Source of the DNA: a bacterium | GTDB lineage: Bacteria > RBG-13-61-14 > DATKZS01 | Length of the DNA stretch: 64,000 nucleotides | Assembly (NCBI GenBank): GCA_963674965.2 | Contig: CAXXFL010000007.1 | Span: 384,001 to 448,000 of the forward strand | Direction: 5' to 3' | In this document: positions 59,201-64,000 of the stretch, piece after piece | Numbering within the stretch: the stretch's first letter is position 1 | Layout: the number at the start of each line of letters is the position of its first letter | Position numbers and translations under genes: made by a program | The notes under the pieces: generated by a model | What the model was told of the DNA's origin: nothing | The model's database searches: none | What the model saw: only the letters and a program-made list of their open reading frames with translations

Positions 59201-61441
59201 TACCTTGACGTCGTAGGCTGAGTCGGGAGCGTCGGAGGACCCAACCAGGGCGGGCGCGTTGGGTAGGGAGACGTCGATAATAAGGAGGCCGGAAGCGTCG
59301 TCGGCCACGTAGGCGTAATTGTCCGACACGTATAACCCCCGGGAAGAAGAAGGGGTGTCGTAGCCTCCGACAAGGACGGGACTAGCCGGGTTGGAAACGT
59401 CGATAATTTGCAGACCGGACGCGCCGTCGGCCACGTAGGCGTAATCTCCCGCGACCTGGACGGCGGCGGAACTTCCCGCCGTGTCGTACGCGCCTATTAG
59501 AATCGGAGCGGCGGGGTTCGAGACGTCGAAGACGAGAAGACCGGAGCTCGAGTCCGCGACGAAGGCGTAATCGCCCGAAAGGTGGACGCCCCGGGCGTTA
59601 TTGGTGTCGTATGATCCTATTAATGAAGGGCTAGTCGGATCGGATACGTCGAGTATTAGAAGACCGTCGTACTCTCCGGCGATATATGCATAATCGTCCG
59701 AGACTTGAACGCCAAAAACATTGTTATCGTCGTATATTCCAACCAATAGCGGATTGGATGGGTTCGCCACGTTTATTATCTGTAAACCTTCGAAATAATC
59801 CGCCACGTAGGCGTAGCCTTCAGAGACGAAGACGTCCATGCCGTTCCCCGGCGTATGATAGGACCCCACCTGAACGGGATACATCAATACCCACTCGTAA
59901 GCGTCGCTTGGGTCCGTGCATCCTGAGTCCTCGGGATAATCGGTGAAACCGTCGCCGTCGTCGTCCAGGCCGTTGTCGCAAAGGACCGATCCAAGTTCGT
60001 CGTCGTCGGACAGGTCGTCGCATCCGGGATCGAGAAGGTCCATCAAAGTGTCAAGGTCGTTGTCCGCGCCGTCGCTGCACGCGGTGGTGGCGCAAGGGTC
60101 GCCGTTATTCTGATACTCCTCGATGTTCGTATAGGCGTCCCCGTCCGGGTTGGCCGCGTCGTCCACCGTGTCGGCCATAACGCAGGCGTAAGCGTTTTCC
60201 CAGATATCCGCCATGCCGTCGCCGTCAAAGTCGTCGTCGCGGGGATCGAGCGGATTATGCCCGAATATGGCCTCGCCTGCGTCGCTTTCGCCTCCGTCGT
60301 CCGTGTCGGGGTCGCAAGGGTCCGTGCCCGTGCCGTATTCGAAAAGATTGTCCAGCCCGTCGCCGTCGTAATCCTCCTCGCCGTCAGCGGTGTTCGCCAT
60401 CATACAGGAATAATCGTTCTCCCATACGTCCACCATTCCATCGCCGTCGCCGTCGGAGTCGTCGGGGAACAAAACTTGAAGGCCGTAATCATCGTCTGCA
60501 ACGTAGACCTTGCTTGACGAGTAATACACTCCAAACGCGTCTCCCTGAGTGTCGTAGGTCCCCGCCAAGGTGGGGGCGGCGGGATTGGAAACGTCGATGA
60601 TTTGAAGGCCGGAGTCCCGATCGGCCACGAAGGCGTAGGTGGACGAGACGTGGACGTCGTATGATGAGCCGGTGGTGTTGTATGAGCCGGCGAGAATCGG
60701 ATTGGCGGGGCTGGAGACGTCGATTATTTGGAGGCCGGAGTCTCCGTCGGCCAAATAGGCGTAATCCCCATATACGAAAACGCCGAAAGCCACGCCAGGA
60801 GTGTCATACTCGCCCACCAAGGCCGGGGCGGCGGGGTTGGAGACGTCGATTATTTGAAGGCCGGCTTCCCCGTCGGCCACGTATGCGTAATCGTTAACGA
60901 CTTGAACGGCAACGGCGAAGCTGGGAACGTTATAATTACCTACAAGATCGATCTCGGCGGGGTTGGAGATATCTAAAATCTGCAAGCTTGCAAACAGGGT
61001 CGCGTAAGCATAGTTGCCCGAGACGTAAACGTTCGAGAATCCGACATACAACATTTCATAAGCGCCGATCAATGACGGACTGGTGGGATTGGTGACGTCT
61101 ATTATCTTAAGGCCACCGGATATCTTAAGACCACTGGGTTCGTCAGCCACGTAGGCGTAATTGCCCGAAACCATCACGCTCCGCGCGGAGTTCGTGTCGT
61201 ATGTGGCTACCAATGACGGGGCAGTGGAACTGGCTATATCTAAAATATGGAGACCGGCCGCGCCGTCCGCGATATAGGCGTATCCTCCGGAAACGACCAC
61301 ATCCCGTGCCAAGCCCGACGTGTCGTACGACCCCACCAGGGTGGGGTTTAGTTGCGCCGCCGCGCCGGCCGGTACCGTGAGTGCGAGGGCGATGAGGGCC
61401 ATGATAATGGCGGTTTGAATCCGCGTCCTTTGTTTGGTCAT
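56285..61441 (-). CDS. Second secreted LVIVD-repeat protein (three blocks) with the same C-terminal module
   Basis: Signal peptide; three LVIVD blocks; Asp/Cys repeats; the last roughly 300 aa are nearly identical to those of 41263..48633. Confidence 0.92.
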   Translation of the reverse strand: MTKQRTRIQTAIIMALIALALTVPAGAAAQLNPTLVGSYDTSGLARDVVVSGGYAYIADGAAGLHILDIASSTAPSLVATYDTNSARSVMVSGNYAYVADEPSGLKISGGLKIIDVTNPTSPSLIGAYEMLYVGFSNVYVSGNYAYATLFASLQILDISNPAEIDLVGNYNVPSFAVAVQVVNDYAYVADGEAGLQIIDVSNPAAPALVGEYDTPGVAFGVFVYGDYAYLADGDSGLQIIDVSSPANPILAGSYNTTGSSYDVHVSSTYAFVADRDSGLQIIDVSNPAAPTLAGTYDTQGDAFGVYYSSSKVYVADDDYGLQVLFPDDSDGDGDGMVDVWENDYSCMMANTADGEEDYDGDGLDNLFEYGTGTDPCDPDTDDGGESDAGEAIFGHNPLDPRDDDFDGDGMADIWENAYACVMADTVDDAANPDGDAYTNIEEYQNNGDPCATTACSDGADNDLDTLMDLLDPGCDDLSDDDELGSVLCDNGLDDDGDGFTDYPEDSGCTDPSDAYEWVLMYPVQVGSYHTPGNGMDVFVSEGYAYVADYFEGLQIINVANPSNPLLVGIYDDNNVFGVQVSDDYAYIAGEYDGLLILDVSDPTSPSLIGSYDTNNARGVHLSGDYAFVADSSSGLLVFDVSNPAAPILIGAYDTAGSSAAVQVAGDYAYVADGASGLQIIDVSNPASPVLVGGYDTPSSSRGLYVSDNYAYVADDASGLLIIDVSLPNAPALVGSSDAPDSAYDVKVSDGVAYVADRLTGLQIVDVSNPANPLYIGSYETPAYDNNYALDYSDGFVYLASIYGLRVILSDSADDDGDGIANAWENAHACMMADTVDAASDYDADCLNNLEEFNIYTDPCDPDTDGGGESDGAEVAGGRDPLNPTDDDRDLDGMPDYWEDTYSCVMANTVDADANPDGDALNNLEEYLNDLDPCSTTACSDGVDNDSDSFIDLLDPGCDGYTDDTETSSAICDNGVDDDGDGAIDALDPGCDNPGDGDEKGNDVCDNGLDDDLDRLIDYPADPDCLGPGDAMELKPALVGSYAGLGYAHDVHVVNNLAYLANGGGGLLIIDASDPEAPTLLGSYDTPGYALAAYVSGHYAYVADGGLGLQVLDVSNPASPILVGACNTPGWAMDVHVAGHLAFVADYEAGLQIIDASNPANPVLVGTYDTTGYAQGGVVMGNHAYVVDEASGLLIIDASNPASPALAGVYNAGGYSHDVKVVGNLAYVAADDYGLYAVNVSNPASPFFVKSYDTPGFALGVFIQGNYVFIADADSGLLVLNNSNPEDPKLLAAIDTPDSARAVHVSGNYAFVADGLGGLQIIDVNGSDSDGDGVANFWELLHGCLDPWVPDGSGDSDAEGLSNLEEYFFDLDPCDPDTDGGGESDGSEVVNNRDPLNPGDDVLPDSDGDGMPDAWELTFSCLLADTVDDWADPDGDGLDNYDEYIVTTDPCHWDSDGDGLPDGFEADNSVGHGDTGLDPLSAGDGLGADFDGDGIENAHEYYNGTDIWEMDVTGGASCFSWGDAGNTVSADGLVSPLDMTALKNRIIGNDASYLGVLPPNGDSQRMMGDPAGVSPLDLSVIQAMISGNDTAANPTIPTDLVVDGATSRSVAEGATTRVTVSVFNSSAIGYSSSFGVVFEIDPLSTGSATLLGGEGPSGTGRYDVSGAMASGGLSSIVVRVDAPGMIYLNATLPPCGDQSGKGRYCPEIEKAPAVTIEGY

Positions 61442-61709
61442 TTGGCTTTGCTCCTTTTTTAAAGGCTAAGGCGCTGTATTGTCTCAGGTGTAAAGGTACG
61501 ATCTCATTATAGACGCTCGCCGAAGAGATTACAAACAATTTTTATGCCAATTTTCGCGGCGGCGAGGAGGTTGTGAAGTCAGGCGTTTCAATAATTTGGC
61601 CAGAGTACGCGCGGGCGAACCGGGGAATCTCGCGTCCCATTCGTAAGCGCTTTCCGGGCCTTGAGGTCTGGTTGGCGGGCCGGCGGTGACGCCGGTTTAT
61701 GGCCGTCGC

Positions 61710-63575
61710 CTAATTATTATGGACCAGCTTGAACTCTCCCTCGTGGACGGTGAACAGGTACACGGGTTTTTTCCATTTTCCTCCGGGCTTGACCGTGATG
61801 AGTCCGAGTGCCCCTGGGTAGTCGGCCACGTGATCGAGGGCGGTTTTGAGCTGTTCCCTGTCCCTGACGTGGTAGGTGCCGATGAGGTAGAGGAGCAGGT
61901 CCACGGACTCGTAGGCCTGGGCCTCGATGATGCCGGGCTGGCTTCCGTACTGTCCTTCGAAGTTCCTCGCGAACTGGTTGAACGACGGCCTTCTGGCCTC
62001 GGGGGCAATGCCGTCGGTGAAGAGGGCGCCCTCGATATCGTCGGGCTGGGTCTGCTCGAGGAGTTCCCGGGAGTGCCAGGCGTTGATGCCCAAAAGGGTG
62101 ATCCCCTCCACCTTGTGGTACCTGATTTGGGGCGCGATCATGGCGACCTTCCTGGCCGAGTCGGGAATGAACACGGCGCCGACGCCCTTGCCCTTGAGGG
62201 ACCTGATTTCGTTTTTAAAGTCGGTGGTATCGGGTGCGTAGCTTTCCGAGGCCTTGAGGAAGCCGCCCTTTTTGGAAATTTCCTCGGTGAAAAGGAAGTA
62301 ATAGCCCGCGCCGTAGCGGTCGTTGGGATACATGACGGCGAAGTCCTTGATGCCCCGGTCCCCGGCCGCGTAATCGACCAGGGCCTCGATCTGTTCCTCC
62401 CGGGAGAGGCAGTTCTGATAGACCATGGACCCGACGTCGGTCACGTCCTCGTCCGGGCTCAGCACGACGATGGGCACGCCCAGTTCCTGGGCCTTCACGG
62501 CCGCGCCCTTGGCCATCGATGACCGAAGGGGACCCACGATGGCGATGACGTGCTCCTCGCTTACAAGCTGCTCGACCAACTCTTCGGCCGTGCCCTTCCC
62601 GCTTTCCAGATCTCTAATGATAAGCTCGGCCGACAAAAGGGGAGCTTGCTTGTTAAAGACGCCCGCGGCCATCATCATGCCCTGGAGGGTCCTTTCCCCG
62701 AGGGCGGCGTAGCTTCCGGAAAGAGGCAGGAGCACGCCTATGCGGTTGGGTTTGATCTTGCTCCATTTTTCCACCTGGGACTTGAGCGTGGCGAGGCCGG
62801 CCAAATAGGATGAGTCGGGATACCCGCCCTCGAGCGTCGCGATGAGGTCCTTGGCCTCCTCGAGCCGGTCCGCGTCGGCGGCGCGCTGGATAAGCTCCAT
62901 GAGTACCAGGTCTCCCGGGAACTGGGATGTAAACATTGACGCCAGTTCCGCGAGTCCCTCGTCGGAGATATCTTTTACCGTCGTCTCGGCCCTTTGTTTG
63001 GCCTTGTCCCTGAACTCGGGGTCGCGGCCGTCGCGGTATTCCTCGCCGAACAGTATAAGAGCGCCCTCGAGGTCGCCGTCCTCGCGGGAACACTCGGCCA
63101 TGAGGCTGGTCATCTGGTCCCATCGGTTTCCCTCGGCGTAAGGCCGGTGTTCGTTGATAAGGGACTCGACTTTTCGGCAGTCCTTTTCCTGGTAGGCGAT
63201 AAGGCAAAGCCCCCAGGCGGCGTCGGCTTCGTAAGGAGTTCGGGGGTACGATTGAATTACCTGGTTGAATGTCTCCTCGGCCCGGGCGCCGTCGCCATAG
63301 GCGTAATAGGCGGCCCCCAGTTCGACCATGATCTCGGGTTTTCTTTCCGATCGTGGAAACTCCTCGATGAGGGACTCGTATATGGAGGCCGCCTCCTGGT
63401 GGTTTCCCTCCGATGAGAGCCTCTGGGCCCTTTGCATGTCCATGGCAATGGCCTGGTCCACGGAAACCCGAACGCCGTTTCTTATGACGGTGCGCTGGCA
63501 CACGGAGCCGCCGAGAAAAACCATGGCCGCGGCCGCTATGAAAATGGAGATAAAGCTTGATTTGATACGCGCCAT
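61710..63575 (-). CDS. LpoA-like penicillin-binding-protein activator (TPR + type-1 periplasmic binding fold)
   Basis: Signal/lipobox-like N-terminus (GSVC); BamD-type TPRs; RIGVLLPLSG.YA.LG, AIVGPL, FAVMYPNDRYG, AVFIPDS...MIAPQI.Y, LLG.NAW. Confidence 0.82.
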   Translation of the reverse strand: MARIKSSFISIFIAAAAMVFLGGSVCQRTVIRNGVRVSVDQAIAMDMQRAQRLSSEGNHQEAASIYESLIEEFPRSERKPEIMVELGAAYYAYGDGARAEETFNQVIQSYPRTPYEADAAWGLCLIAYQEKDCRKVESLINEHRPYAEGNRWDQMTSLMAECSREDGDLEGALILFGEEYRDGRDPEFRDKAKQRAETTVKDISDEGLAELASMFTSQFPGDLVLMELIQRAADADRLEEAKDLIATLEGGYPDSSYLAGLATLKSQVEKWSKIKPNRIGVLLPLSGSYAALGERTLQGMMMAAGVFNKQAPLLSAELIIRDLESGKGTAEELVEQLVSEEHVIAIVGPLRSSMAKGAAVKAQELGVPIVVLSPDEDVTDVGSMVYQNCLSREEQIEALVDYAAGDRGIKDFAVMYPNDRYGAGYYFLFTEEISKKGGFLKASESYAPDTTDFKNEIRSLKGKGVGAVFIPDSARKVAMIAPQIRYHKVEGITLLGINAWHSRELLEQTQPDDIEGALFTDGIAPEARRPSFNQFARNFEGQYGSQPGIIEAQAYESVDLLLYLIGTYHVRDREQLKTALDHVADYPGALGLITVKPGGKWKKPVYLFTVHEGEFKLVHNN

Positions 63576-63717
63576 TTTTCTCCTCCCTGGAGGTATTATA
63601 CATCGGTAGTCGGGCTATTTAAAGGTTGTTTCAGCTTGTTTTTTCTTCCATGGATTTCTTCGACGTCCCCGTTTTCCTTACCGATAGGTTTAACCGTTTT
63701 GCTTACCGCTTGCTAAA

Positions 63718-63749
63718 GTGACAATTTTTGTCACCAATTTGTACAAATT
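63718..63749 (+). promoter_or_regulatory. Putative enhancer (PilR-type activator sites)
   Basis: Palindromes GTGACAATTTTTGTCAC (63718-63734) and AATTTGTACAAATT (63736-63749), about 100 bp upstream of the sigma-54 site. Confidence 0.55.
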
Positions 63750-63828
63750 ACGTCACCGGCGAGAAAAATTCTTGAGTATTGAAATTAAAAATCTTTGCCC
63801 TTTAGGATACTTAAGCCGTCACCATCTT

Positions 63829-63845
63829 TAGGCGCCATAATTGCA
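63829..63845 (+). promoter_or_regulatory. Sigma-54 (-24/-12) promoter of pilA
   Basis: TAGGCGCCATAATTGCA, i.e. GG-N10-GC with TTGCA. Confidence 0.75.
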
Positions 63846-63879
63846 GAACTAATGGTTATTCCATTACGGGAGGATTAAA

Positions 63880-64000
63880 ATGGCCGTTAACCATGCCAAG
63901 GCAAAAGGGTTTACTCTGATTGAGCTTATGATCGTCGTTGCTATCATCGGCATCCTGAGCGCCATCGCTATTCCCGATTTCATGAAATTCACGGCCAAGT
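63880..64000 (+). CDS. pilA: Type IV pilin, 3' end truncated by window edge
   Basis: [40 protein letters not shown], with SD GGGAGG. Absent from the ORF track. Confidence 0.92.
   Translation, partial: MAVNHAKAKGFTLIELMIVVAIIGILSAIAIPDFMKFTAK

Overview
A 64-kb chromosomal window from a GC-rich, diderm, probably anaerobic bacterium resembling the former Deltaproteobacteria (hsp20-lon pair, GAFTDA-type sigma-54 activator, sigma-54-driven type IV pilin, AGT-type aminotransferase-serA-purA cluster). Most genes are on the minus strand. Housekeeping genes: thiL (partial), lon, hsp20, lptF/lptG, purA, serA, argG, cysS, ispF, ispD, an lpoA-like gene and pilA (partial). Two accessory systems stand out. 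(1) A 10-gene minus-strand operon (21657 to 10384) encodes a PanE-like 2-oxoacid reductase, two different acyl-CoA ligases, a two-subunit 2-hydroxyacyl-CoA dehydratase-family enzyme with no activator ATPase, a four-subunit 2-oxoacid:ferredoxin oxidoreductase and a DUF362 Fe-S protein. It is preceded by two near-identical tandem promoters carrying a 14-bp motif that recurs before a thiolase gene. I interpret it as a candidate anaerobic 2-hydroxy-acid / alpha-oxidation pathway; this is inference. (2) Two giant secreted paralogs (about 2456 and 1718 aa) are built from LVIVD blocks and Asp/Cys-rich calcium-binding-type repeats. They share a dockerin-like plus beta-rich C-terminus and a near-identical downstream REP-like array. 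Also present are several REP/MITE-like elements, an AT-rich island near 8.2-8.9 kb, basic Lys-rich tails on Lon and ArgG, and two probable leaderless genes. I saw no CRISPR array, rRNA, tRNA, transposase, integrase or reverse transcriptase. All family calls come from motif recognition by eye; no database search was run.
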